A stretch of 64,000 nt of DNA. It comes from Callorhinchus milii. Its lineage: Eukaryota. Below, piece after piece: positions 39,591 to 51,430 of the stretch. Where the stretch lies: the NCBI RefSeq assembly GCF_018977255.1, contig NW_024704743.1:45820001-45884000 (forward strand), written 5' to 3'. A program made the translations under genes and the position numbers. The notes under the pieces are model-generated. The model did not search any database. It saw only the letters and a program-made list of their open reading frames with translations, and was not told the origin of the DNA. How positions within the stretch are numbered: position 1 is the stretch's first letter; each line of letters begins with the position of its first letter.

Positions 39591-39750
39591 TGAACATTTT
39601 ATAGTGGCACATTTTGGAGATTTAAATTCAGTTTTAATTTTGAATGTTGTTTTCTGTACTGTACATTCTTTTAAGAGCTACAGAGAAACATCTTCAAAAT
39701 CAAGACTGAATTTAAGAATTCTCCAAAATGTGCAAACTTTGAAATGCTAA
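39591..39750. repeat. Unclassified palindromic (MITE-like) element
   Basis: ~70-bp imperfect arms; perfect core gcacattttggaga (39607-39620) / tctccaaaatgtgc (39720-39733). Confidence 0.8.
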
Positions 39751-40216
39751 AAAAAAAGTCTTAAGTCAAGGCCCAACTGGAATTTCTCTCCCCTGATCTA
39801 CTAAAGACATTTTGATTTCTCAACAACAAAACCACAGCTATATAAGGAAACACTTGCCTTTTTATACTGTCTATAATGTCAAAGCATTAAAAAAATAGTA
39901 GTAACTATCAAATATAAAGACAATTTTATAACAAATCCTACAGTAGAAAGATCCATTCAAACAGGAAACATAATTGCATTGTTGTGAGTTCCATTAGGCG
40001 AAGGCAGACTCAATGAGAAAATCCATTGCAATTCCCTAAGTGAACTCCAATGGTTCGGTGCATAGAAGAGGTAGTCACTGTGGCTCAGAGGGGGTCATCC
40101 TAGTTCAGTTGATAATGCTCTCACCTCTGAGTCAGAAGATTGTGGGCTCAAGCTCCACATTGGGATTTTGGTCGAGGCTGACATTCCAATGCAGTTCTGG
40201 AGCAGAGCTGTATTGT

Positions 40217-40533
40217 GGAGTCCTGTAGCTCAGTGGTTAGAGCACTCGCTTTGCAAGTGAGAGACCTGAGTTCAATTCAAGGCAGGACGAAACCTTGGGC
40301 AAGTTTCCTTACCGCACGCCTAATAATAATCCCTCCAAAACAAAAAACAATAATAAATTGGTCATTTTCAATCTACGACTGTTTGTGGGACATTGCTGTG
40401 CGCAATTGGCTGCCTCGTTCGCCCACAAATATACAGTCAATTCACTTTACAGTGTGTTCTGTGAAGCACTTTGGGACGTCCTCCCGACGTGAAAAGCGCT
40501 ATATCAAATGCAAGGATTATTATTATTATTATT
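40217..40533 (+). mobile_element. Young short-form SINE nested in a Deu-domain SINE (40095-40695)
   Basis: Complete head, body and tail; host SINE resumes with cagaggtgctgtcctatcgatgaag. Confidence 0.95.
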
Positions 40534-40949
40534 AACAGAGGTGCTGTCCTATCGATGAAGCAATAAACTGAGGTCTTGGCTGCCTGTTTAGGTGGACGTT
40601 AAAGACCGCCTGTCACCATTCAAAAAGAGAAGGGAGTTTCACCTGGTGTTCTGGTCAATAATCCCCCAAATAAAATTTACATTCACTTCATGAAACTTTG
40701 TCGTCAGCAACTCCGTGCAACTTTTCAGGGATTAGCTGCTCTGATTGCTGAGCCACTTCTGCCCTGTGGAAGGTTTTGTGTTCTGATCACTGCTCTCAAT
40801 CTCCAACTTGCAAACAATGTTTAGCTTTATTTTTCAAATGTAATCAGGAGTGAAGTTCATTGCAAACTAAAATATTATAATGGTTCATTCACCCTTTCTG
40901 ATTGAAGGATTGTCAAACCTTTGTTTCTACCTTGGTTGTGATATGGTAT

Positions 40950-41312
40950 CCTCCAATACCTCACCCAAGTGGTCATTGTTCATGTGTCAGCCTTGACAGT
41001 GAACGTTGGCAGGCTGTTTAACTATGGGGAGCATCACAGCCAAGCCCAATCCTGTCCTCACCCAACATCCACACACTCGCACTTTCCAGCAGGAGGACTT
41101 TGGATAATGATCAAGAATGGGAACCCTGGCTGATTTCCCATCCCTCATGCATTTAGTTGGGGTTGAGGCCAAATATAGCACTCAACTGCTGCCCTGACAA
41201 AGATCAGCTAACTCAGCACAGACCAGGATTCAAACCTGTGACTGTTTGGTCCATATGGCTTAGTATTTATTGCACTGGGCAGTGCCTTTGCCCTCTAGTC
41301 CACCAGGGTGGC
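40950..41312 (-). mobile_element. AmnSINE2-like tRNA SINE, best-preserved copy
   Basis: Minus strand: ggtctgtgctgagttagctgatct, aatcagccagggttccc, ctgctggaaagtgcgagtgtgtggatgttgggtgaggacaggattgggcttggctgtgatgc, as I recall the AmnSINE2 consensus. Confidence 0.75.
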
Positions 41313-41335
41313 TAAAATATAATTTTTTTAATATA

Positions 41336-41836
41336 CAGTCAAACCTGTTTTCAGCAAACACTCACAGGACTGAACCAAAGTGGCTTTTCTGAAAGGGTTT
41401 CTCTTAGTAAGGGTTTGTTGGTGTGTGAAGAATTTCTAAGTGTATAAGTGTATAGGAAAATACAGTACACATACGAACACATAAATCAAACTAGTTTTAA
41501 TAAAGTAATTAATCAACTACACTTAAAGAAATAAATCAATTAAAAATACAAATCGTTACTGTTTCTGCGGAACAAAAATTCCCGCGGGCCCACATGTAGA
41601 CTCTCGCTAGACTCCTAGCGTGTGCCAACATTGCGCTGAGCAGCCCACTGAACCAGCTCTGGCCTCTGAAAAGGTTGTCACTTCACTGTCAGGGCTAAAA
41701 GAGAGTAGCCACTGGTTGCATTAGACAGGTGGTTGCTGAATAGAGGTTGTTTATTTTGGGAAATCGGTCTGGACTGTTCCAGGGTCATTGTTGCCAGCAG
41801 GTAGTTGGTGAATAGGTGTGGTTGAAGGTTTGACTG
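41336..41836. mobile_element. Non-autonomous pogo/Tigger-like (Tc1/mariner superfamily) MITE
   Basis: TA-CAGTCAAACCT ... AGGTTTGACTG-TA: 11-bp perfect TIR, TA flanks, subterminal repeats. Confidence 0.8.
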
Positions 41837-42499
41837 TATTTTAAAAATAGGAATGATATAGCAATTGCTGCTTTAAGTGTTGCAAGATTGACACCGTGTA
41901 CTTATGTTGTCAACTTTGCAGCAAACGACATATCACTCCTGTGGTTTTGTCATCAATTCTATATCTTGTTCCTTCCATAAGTAGTCACCACTTACAAGAG
42001 AGGAGGGAAGAAAGACGGGGAAAAAAACTCAATCAATTTACCTCCTGACATTACACAATTAAAAACTTTAATCTTCTTCCTCTCAGTTTTTTGCACAGTT
42101 CCAGGTTTCAGGGTCAGTTAGCACGACAGGTCACGTAAATTACAGCCACGGAAAATGTCTGCATGAATCTGCTTAGAAATAAAACAGAACTAAGATGTTA
42201 CAGTATTTCAAAATATTTTGTGCGCAGATCACACCAGGCTTGTGGTTTCACAAGATAAAAATATGGGTGATAGTTAGCACGTTTAGGTGGGAGGAGTTGT
42301 GGCACAGAGGAAAAGGAGTGGAGACCTGCAGAAACCCTGAAAAAAAGGAATTAACACATTTTAATCAGCAGCAAATGAAGACAAACATGACTTTTAAAAG
42401 GAAATAATATCATAAAGTATAGTATGGTAGATGTCACTTTAAAATTACTTTTTGAACCTACAGTGACACAGCCCCACTCCAAAAATTATCTTTCATCAC

Positions 42500-42815
42500 C
42501 AAGCTTTTTAATTGCTTTACTCAGTTTATGACTGACTTGATATCAAACCATTAATAAATATAGCTAATAAGTATATTAACTTTATAGTTGTTTTGCTCTT
42601 AGTTAAAAGTGTTTTGCCAGTATCTTTTACCAGTCACTTGATATCAAACCGACAATATGACTAACACGTATTATTGGCTTTTGGGACACTATCCTATGTG
42701 AAGGGGGCTATATAAATGCAAATTGTTGTTGTTTTGCTCTTAGTTATAACTGTTTTGCCAGTAATGCTTACTACTGACTTGATATCAAACTGACATTAAT
42801 AAATGTGACTGACTA
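42500..42815. repeat. ~95-bp diverged tandem repeat (about 2.5 units) with an L2 tail inserted at 42680-42730
   Basis: gttgttttgctcttagtta..tgttttgccagta..acttgatatcaaac recurs. Confidence 0.8.
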
Positions 42816-43541
42816 ATCTCATTCATTCTGATCCTAGAGATTAGTGAGGTGCTCATATTTTTACCATAATCTTCTTGTTGTTACCATAGTAATGCTGTCA
42901 CCCAAAGAGTTCCAACGTGAGCACACATCTGTTGTATTCTAATGGGAGCATATCGCTTCAGATTAATAGCCCCACTTCATTAAAGGACCAGCATTCTCTC
43001 TAATGCCATGATGTTGTTTCAAAAGCAACAATAAGAAATAGGATCTAGTCCAACTTGCTGAAAGAGGGAAACTGTGGCATACAATAATACCGTATATTTG
43101 TTTCCAATAGCTGTTAGCATACGAAACAGAAAAGGAGTTTTCTTGCCAAATGCAAGTTCTTTGTCTCAAGGGTGGTGAAGGTAATTCTTTACTGGGACAG
43201 AAATCGTCGGAGTCTTTTTAGTTCAAGGACAAAGGCCTAAAAGCATGTTAGGATATTGCACAAGTGTCAGGGTTTCAAATTATGAATAATGCCATTCGAG
43301 ACAGCAGAGTCTGGGATTAACCCGTGCTGCATGCAGAGGTTTAATGATCCTTCTGTCAAAGAAAGTGAGTGCCAATTCAATGATGGTAGTTCTTACAGAG
43401 AGAGTAAACACAAAGATTCCAGGAGCAAGGTCAAAAATAACAGCGGTAATACAGGTTTTTGACATCTTTATATTTTGGATAGTTTTGTTCCCCCTTATAA
43501 GGCGTTCCCTTTAAAAAATCTCCTCTGACTTTCTTCCTTTT

Positions 43542-43855
43542 ATAATAATAATAATCCTTGCATTTGATATAGCGCTTTTCACATCTTCTAGACGTCTCAA
43601 AGCGCTTCACAGAATATGCTGTAAAGTGAATTGACCGTATATTTGTGGGCGAAACGTGGCAGCCAATTGCGCACAGCAGTGTCCCACAAACAGTCGTGGA
43701 TTGAAAATGACCAATGTATTATTGTTTTGTTTTGGAGGGATTATTATTAGGTGTGTGGAGTAAGGAAACTTGCCCAAGGTTTCGCCCTGCCTGGAATTGA
43801 ACCCAGGTGTCTTGCTTAAAAGGCGAGTGCTCTAACCACTGAACTACAGGACTCC
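43542..43855 (-). mobile_element. Young short-form SINE (alternative 3' loop gagacgtctagaagatgtg)
   Basis: Complete head, body and tail. Confidence 0.95.
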
Positions 43856-43859
43856 ACTG

Positions 43860-44110
43860 ATCAAGGGGCCAATTCACACGTGGGCATTCTTTATCTGTGA
43901 GCTTAAATAGTGAGCATCAGTGGACATCACAGCCAAACCCAATTATTTCTTCCTCAGGCAACACATATGTTCAGTATATGTGGATAGCCGTCAGGAAGAG
44001 GAATCTTCACTTAATTCCAGTTTCCTAACCCTAATTGTAGCATTCCCACCGTCACCTAAACTGAGAGCCCACACAGAGGTTGATGTGGGACTTTCCTGAT
44101 CTATATACAA
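43860..44110 (-). mobile_element. AmnSINE2-like relic
   Basis: catcacagccaaacccaat, ggatagccgtcaggaagaggaatc align with 40950-41312. Confidence 0.5.
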
Positions 44111-44229
44111 TACAAATTTACATTTATATAGCGCCTTTCACGTCAGGAAAACGTCCCAAGGTGCTGGATGACTTGTTGTACAAAACAATTACTGAGCCAT
44201 GGGGAGCACTTCTCTTGACTTTAACCTCA

Positions 44230-44545
44230 TGGTCTGGGCTGACACTCCCAAGTGCAGTACTGAGGGAGCGCTGTATTGCTGGTTGTGCCATCCTTCTAAT
44301 GAGTTGTTAAACCAAGGTCCTGGCTGCCTGTTCAGGTGGATGTTAAAGAACCCATGACACTATTCAAGAAAAAGGGAGTTTCAACTGGTGTCTGCCACTA
44401 ACCTCCCAAATAAAATAATTTTTCACCTTATATATATTTATGGAACCTGTACAATGCAGAAAATGCCACTTTTGTCTACAAAAATCACAGGACAGGACTA
44501 TGAAGTGCTTTAAGAGATGTTTCAATGTAATAAGGCTCTATAAAT
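44230..44545 (+). mobile_element. Deu-domain SINE
   Basis: ggctgacactcccaagtgcagtactgagggagcgctg...ctgcctgttcaggtggatgttaaaga. Confidence 0.82.
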
Positions 44546-45066
44546 CTGTAGGTTATTTTCCTTTATTTCTAAATATACATAATTATTTGTTTGATACCAG
44601 ATATTGTTTGTTTCATAGATTCACCAGAAAGTTTAAAATGGAAATAATTTTTTTAAAAATTCTCTGTGCTTAATTTATCCTTTGAAATGTTCTAATTCTC
44701 TTTAATGGCCACAATTCCACTTGTATTCTTTAAAGAACAGTCAGGTACAGTGATGACCCTCATAGTAAAGTTGCTGGCTGCCAAACTTGTGCTCACAGTG
44801 GAGACTGACACTTCAGTCAGTCCTGTGAAACACTTTGAGATATGTTCCTCGCAGAGGAGAAAGACCCTATACCAAATGTAAGGATTATTACCGAGGAGTG
44901 CTGCATTGTCAGACATGCCATCCCTCCGATGAATCTTAGGTCCCATCTGCTTGTTCAGGTGGACGTTAAAGATGCCAGACTTTATCCTAAAAGAGAAGGA
45001 CATTTATCCCTGTGTCTTAGCCAACATTTTTCCATCTATATTGACCATTAAAGAGAATTAGAACAT

Positions 45067-45935
45067 CTCTCACACCGGCTCCACTTTGTATCCACAAACG
45101 GCTTCTGCTCCAGCCCCTGCACCATTTCATGCGGTGTTCCTCAGGGCTCTGTCCTCAGTCCTCTCCTCTTCAACTTGTACATACTCCCTCTTGGAGACGT
45201 CATCTGCAGACATGAGGTCAACTTCCACATGTATGCGGATGACACCCAACTCTATCTCTCTGCCTCCAACATCAACTCCAGGATATCCTCAAAAACTGTC
45301 TGTCAGACATGAAGTCCTGGAATTAGAGCAAACTTTCTACAGTTGAACGTCAGCAAGACCAAGGCTCTGCCGATTGGCTTGTGCCAGCGCCTCCGCACCT
45401 CAGGCACTGGCAGCATCAGCATCCACGGATGCACCCGCCACCTCACCAAGCCAGTCAGGAACCTAGCTGTCTTGTATGACCCTCAACTGTCCTTTCTCCC
45501 GCAGATCTGTGCCATGACCCGCTCTGCCTTCCCCCACCTCCACAACATTACCCGACTCCCCACTACCTCACCCCTCAGGTCACGGAAACCCTCATACATA
45601 TCTTCATTACTTCCAGGCTCGATTATGCCAACGCTCTGCTTGTCGGCCTTCCCAACTCTTCCCTCCACAGCTGCAGCTCATCCAGAACTCTGCAGTTTGT
45701 GTCCTCTCCCGCACCAGGCTCTGTGACCCCATCACACCCACCCTCGCCCGGCTCCACTGGCTCCCCATCTCTCAGAGGATCGAGTTCAAAATCCTCATCC
45801 TCACCTTCAAGGCCCTCTATGGCCTTGCCCTCTCTTACGTCTCTGACCTACTAACCCCTTAGCAACCTGTCCTACCCTCTCTGCCCTCCACCCCTCCCTT
45901 TAAAGGTGCTTTATAAATGTACTTTGTATTGTATA
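45067..45935 (+). mobile_element. Degenerate L2 (lineage A) inserted in a Deu-domain SINE (44890-46075)
   Basis: ggtgttcctcagggctctgtcct (GVPQGSV), tatgcggatgacacccaactctat (YADDTQLY), LHWLPI; host SINE resumes at ~45944. Confidence 0.93.
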
Positions 45936-46849
45936 TTGTATACACTTCATGGCTGTTAATGGCTGTGCATAAAATAGTTGCCACAGTTAGCTACAAATAC
46001 AGTCACTACGCTTTGCTTGTGAAGTACTTTGAGATGTTTCAAAGTGACAGGGCACTGTATCAAATGCAAACAAAGTTATTAAACTGCTTAAGCTCACAAG
46101 TGAAAAAATAATCAATTAGACAAAGCACTAGAGTGCTACCAGCACCAAGGACCAATCTTGAGAAATGGAGTGAGAAAATTGGAGAGGTGGAGGGGTGTAT
46201 GGAAAGAAGAACAGCAATGAAGAACCAAGTGCCTGGGCAGATATCACCCTCTGAGACGCTAACCTGCGTGAGGGCTGCTAAAATAAAAGCAAGTTGTTGT
46301 AATTGTTGTTTTTATATCAGATTGTTTTTCTATGTCAGGAGGTTTTACACAGCGATTGCAGTACAGTGGACCTGATAGTCACCGGCTCTTGTCATAATCA
46401 CTTCTCCCTGGTGCTACTATCAGCGTTGCAGCACTAGTGTGACAGAACAGCACAAATGCATGATCATCTAATCCATGTGTAGATTCTGGGTCATGCCAAA
46501 AATTGTAATAAAGCAGCAACCTGGCACCATGACAGATTTTCCATTAGCTGCGTAATAAGATAAAACCTTTCTATTCCGTGTCAAATATAACTAAGAAATG
46601 TTCTTTGGGAGTTACTTTCTCTGAGTCTATGCTTTGAAATTATTGAAATTAAATTATTTTTCTTATGTACAGTTTTGGAGACCAATCCAATTAAAGTCCG
46701 CCAAAATCAGGAGATTAATCGGTTTCATATTTCAAGTTACTTCCTTTCACTGGACCGTTTTTTTTCCAAGCTAATTCTTTCTTGGCAGAAAAGCCTGAAA
46801 TACTATTTAAGGAACATGGTAGTCTGCTGGGATGAAGTTGTTGCTTCAT

Positions 46850-46970
46850 GAGACAGAGAGAGAGAGAGAGCGGGGTTGACAGATACAGAGAAACAGATAT
46901 ACAGAGAGAGAGAGAGAGCGAGAATGAATGAATGAATGGCACATAGAGACACAGAGAAAGGGAGAGAGAG
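46850..46970. repeat. (GA)n / (GAAT)n compound microsatellite
   Basis: Direct inspection. Confidence 0.85.
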
Positions 46971-48080
46971 CACCATAACATGCTGAAGTAGGTGAACAAA
47001 CTCTATTTGCCAGAGAGAGAATAAGTCTATTGTTTAAGACCAGGTCTTTTCCTCTTTTCCACCATCTGCTTTTTCAGCGCTCGAATTGAGTTAATTACTT
47101 CAGTGTCCAACCCTGTTGAGTGATCCTTTGCTAATGTGCCTGTTGTGAGACACAATGCCAACTACAGCGGAGCCAGGGCAAGGTCTAGGAAAAAAGAAAA
47201 ATGCTCATCTAATGAGAACATTGGACTGTCAGCTAACAAGCCAGGTAAACCATCGAGTCTCTCCCTCCAAAGAAAACCCACAAATTAACTGGTTGTCTGA
47301 TTAACTGGTTATATGAGGGCAATGCAACAAAGAGATGGGCTTTTCACATTCATTAAGTGGAACACTATAGAACTAATCAGCTCAGCAAGAAAATTTGTCT
47401 TTGCTTGAAAAGTATGGAGGGTTGATAGTCTGAGAGTCACAAATGCACATTAAAAGAGGCGCTGTCTTCATTGCAGAATATGTTTTTTTCGGTCAGCCAG
47501 GTGTCTGACACAAGTAGCAACCCATCACCATGTTTTATGGTATCCTACTGAGAATTTCATGTATGTGTGGAATGCAATCCTTGCATTTGATATTGATATA
47601 GCCCCTTATCATGTCATCGAGACGGCTCAAAGTGCTTCACAGGATAAACTGTAAAGTGTTTTTGACTGTATTTTGTGGGCGAAATATGGCAGCCAGTTTG
47701 CGCACAGTTTTGTTCACCTCATCTTTCAGATCCTGCTGTCCTGTTAAAGCACAACATCAGATGACTAAACTAAAGGTAAAATAAAAAAAGTCAGCACATG
47801 TGCAGTGCTTTTAGTTTGGGTTATTGCTGTACTTATTTATTTATGGTAAAACTTATGAGGTAATTATGTGGTGTTCTCTTATCAGATTATAGCTGTACAC
47901 GTTGCAGTTTCACTTACAACCAAAGGATCCAATATGGAATGTAGATTACACACAGACAAACACACGGACAGACATTTCATTTTTATCTATACTCACAAGC
48001 AAGAGACCTGGGTTCGATTAATTTTGATGAGAACTGAGTGTATATATTTGTTCAAAGCATATTAAAAATACGTTATGCTT

Positions 48081-48290
48081 ATAATAATAATCCTTTCATT
48101 TGATATAGTGCTTTTCACGTCTTCTAGACGTCTCCTAGCGCTTCACAGAATATACTGTAAAGTGAATTGACTGTATATTTTGTGGGCGAAACATGGCAGC
48201 CAATTGCGCACAGCAGTGTCCCACAAACAGTCGTGGATTGAAGTGACCAAAATATTATTGTTTTTTTTCTTTAGGGATTATTATTATAAT
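48081..48290 (-). mobile_element. 5'-truncated young SINE
   Basis: Body and tail match 43542-43750. Confidence 0.9.
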
Positions 48291-48524
48291 TGCTACATGA
48301 GGTGTACTGACTGACCTCTTGAAACTTTAGCCTTAAACCTAGTCTATTGGAATGAACTTGGGACTGTAACCCACTGGCATGAGAAAGGGAGCTTATAATG
48401 TTATGCTGCATTACTGATAAATTGATGTTTAATACATTGTTTTAATATTAACAACATGGTATACCGCACAAAATATGTACAATATTTATATTATTACCAC
48501 AAACTTTTCATATTAATACATTAG

Positions 48525-48869
48525 GGAGTCCTGTAGCTCAGTGGTTAGAGCACTCGCCTCACAACAACTACAACAAGATTATATTAGTATAGGCGAGAGA
48601 CCTGGGTTTGATTCCAGCCAGGGTGAAACCTTGGGCAAGTTTCCTTACTCCACACTCCTGATATCAATCCTCAAGAAAAAACAAAACAAAAGAAAAAAAA
48701 ATAATTTGGTCCGCGACTATTTGTGGGTCGCTGCTGTGCGCAATTGGCTGCCGTGTTTTGCCCACAAATATACAATCAATTCACTTTACAGTCTATTCTG
48801 TGAAGCGCTTTGAGACGTCTCAAAGGCATGAAAAGCGCTACATCAAATGCAAGGATTATTATTATTATT
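48525..48869 (+). mobile_element. tRNA-derived SINE with a ~27-nt antisense L2 tail inserted in its head
   Basis: ggagtcctgtagctcagtggttagagcactcgcctcacaa[caactacaacaagattatattagtata]ggcgagagacc. Confidence 0.9.
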
Positions 48870-48987
48870 CTCATCTGGAAGAACTCCTGTGGGAAAAATC
48901 CTTTTAGGATGATTCAATTTTGTTGTTGTTCCTGCAGCTTAGCTTTGTCTGAGTTCTTCATTTTGTTCCTGCTGCTTGGCTACCTGC

Positions 48988-50032
48988 AGCCTGAAAACCT
49001 TCCTCTTCAACCGTGCTTATGGCCACCTCCGCCCCATCCCCGACCCTCTCCCCACCCAGGCTCCTCCGCCACTGTTAAGCGCACTGAGATGCTACCCTGT
49101 ATGGAGGGTACTATATAAGTGCAAGTTGTTGTTGTGTTGCTCTCGATCCCTCCCTCGATCCCTCTAATCGCTCACACCATCGTCCCATTTCCAACCTACC
49201 CTTCATTCCCAAAGTCCTGGAACGCATTGTTGCAGGTCAACTTCAGTCACACAAATCCACTTTGTGTATCAATAAAAACCTCCAGTACCAACTCCAGGTT
49301 CATCAATGTTCCTGCAGCTGAATGTGAACAAGACGGAAGCCATACTCCTTGGCTCCCATCAAGGTCTTCACTTCTGTAGATCTGAACTCCTCAACCTCCC
49401 TGGGCTCTCCCTCACACTTACCAAACCTGTGCGCAACCAAGGCGTCCAGTTCAACCTCCAGCTGCCCTTCCTCCCCCACTTCCGGTTCCTGACCAGGACC
49501 GACTTCCTCCACCTCCGCCACATTGCCCGCCTCGAACCATACCTTACCCAAATCCGCTTGCATACTGACCCGGACCAAACTTCGCACCCACATCTCACCA
49601 GTTCTGGCCAGACTCCACTGACTCCCCATCACCAAACAGATCGACTTCAAGATCCTCACACTCGTGTTCAAATCCATTCACTCTCTTGCACCTCCCTACC
49701 TCTCCGACCTCCTCACTCCCCAATCCATCACCCAGCACCTCCCCTCAACTGGCCCAGCCTCCTGCTCGTCCCTCGTACCCTCCAACCCACTGTCGGAGGT
49801 CGAGCTTTCAGCCATTACAACCCAAACTCTGGAACATTCTCCCCCAATCCCTCCGTCTTGCCCCTCTCTCTCTAGTTTTTCAAGTCCCGCCTGAAAACCT
49901 TGCTCCTCGACCGTGCTTATGGCCACCTCCCCTCTCCCCCCTGCTCGGAGTCAGGCTCCGCCACTGTTAAGCGCTCTAAGACGCTGCCCTGGATGGAGGG
50001 CGCTATATAAGTGCAAGTTGTTGTTGTTGTTG
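48988..50032 (+). mobile_element. Two tandem L2-B fragments (48988-49139 and 49142-50032, the second internally deleted)
   Basis: Two aagtgcaagttgttgttg tails; FLQLNVNKTEAILLG; homology to 10220-11663 with large gaps. Confidence 0.92.
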
Positions 50033-50889
50033 ATCTGTGACACAGGATGCCACAGCACCATGGTCTGCTGGCGCAGCCCAAGTGTAACTGCAGTGCATGA
50101 ATACATAAGTAGTTGCCCTGGACACACAATGCTACAGCGCCACTTTGACTTGGTAGCCACCAGGTGTAACTGCATTAACAAATGCAAAGCATGAAAATAA
50201 CTCATGAATGATAGGAGATACCCAAAAACAAATCTGTCCATGTTACTCCAAAACCTTTCCGATGAGGTATAAATCATGTCTGTACGTAGATTGGTTATTG
50301 AGATCCTTCTTGAAGCGCAGACAGACATTTTAGTTTTATTAGTGTAGAAGAAGAAGAAGATTATCATACGCAGATGAGCTATAGCTTCATTACATCAGGA
50401 GTAGAGAATGAAAATTGTCAGTGACCTGGCAGTTACAGTGCTATATGACAGGATTCGCATTTGTGCTGTTCAGTCCCCCAGATACTAAGTTCACTGCCAT
50501 AACTAGGTCATGTGGGAAATGACTTAGCAGAGGAGAGAAGGTCACAAAGTCATGAAATGTGGCATGGAACCCAATCCTCAAGGTAGGGAAAATAATTTTC
50601 GCAAATAACTAGATAAGCTTTAGGCTTAAAGACAAACATCACAGTGGTGAATAATCTGCTTAGCTGGATAGAAAACGATATTTCAGAAATCCCAAGACAA
50701 CAGGACAAGAGCACAAATTGTGAAGGGGAAGTTTAGGATATAAACCAGGTATTTTTCGTTACACAGAGAAGAACTAATGGCGGCGACAAGTTACCAGGAA
50801 GGATGGTTGAGGCCAGGATCCTGGACTTATTTAGGTTTTGTTTCGATTGTTCAGTGGGCAATGCTCAAACTTGGTGTGGTTGAGGAAAG

Positions 50890-51150
50890 TTTCTAGCTTG
50901 GTCCCTGGTCTGTCTAATTGATTTCAGTTGATATGCAGTGGAAATATTACAATTAGCAATAGTATACCTAATCAAACGAAGGAAACAATCAAACAGGAAT
51001 ACAACTTCTGACCTCTAGTTACTGACTCTTGCTGGAAAATGCATGTTTGTGGATGTTGGGTGAGATCAGAGTGGTATCTCCTGGAGCTCTGAAGAATAGC
51101 AAGTTGGCTAAAAGGCTGCTGATGGCTGGAGACTATACCCCAGTGAGAAT
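50890..51150 (+). mobile_element. AmnSINE2-like relic
   Basis: gctggaaaatgcatgtttgtggatgttgggtgag core. Confidence 0.6.
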
Positions 51151-51254
51151 CAATATCTGCAGGGGACAAAGAGAAACATTTATAAAAAAACAGTATAGGT
51201 AAAAAACACCCGCTAAACTTAACCCTGAAAAACAACGTTGGCTTAAAGTTTAAG

Positions 51255-51430
51255 ATTGTGCAGTAAATTCTTAAATTCAGTCTTCATTTGGAAGCTGGTT
51301 TTTCACAATTCTTAAAAAGAACTGGCCTACAAAGTAAGATTGATTTTAAGAAATGTTCCACGATTTTGTACGGTCTTAATTCTTAAGAGAAAATGGTTTT
51401 ACAGACTAAGACTTGGTAGCATTTCAGACC
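51255..51430. repeat. Copy of the palindromic family
   Basis: aattcttaaattcagtctt ... aagattgattttaagaaat arms; tagcatttcaga at 51417. Confidence 0.6.

Noticed and set aside
40217..40290. tRNA-like sequences with A and B boxes (also 1090-1163, 15440, 25500, 43780, 48525)
   Set aside because: SINE heads fused to the SINE body; not tRNA genes
40215..40535. Recurrent ORFs ending KCKDYYYY or MQGLLLL
   Set aside because: Translations of the SINE and its (ATT)n tail
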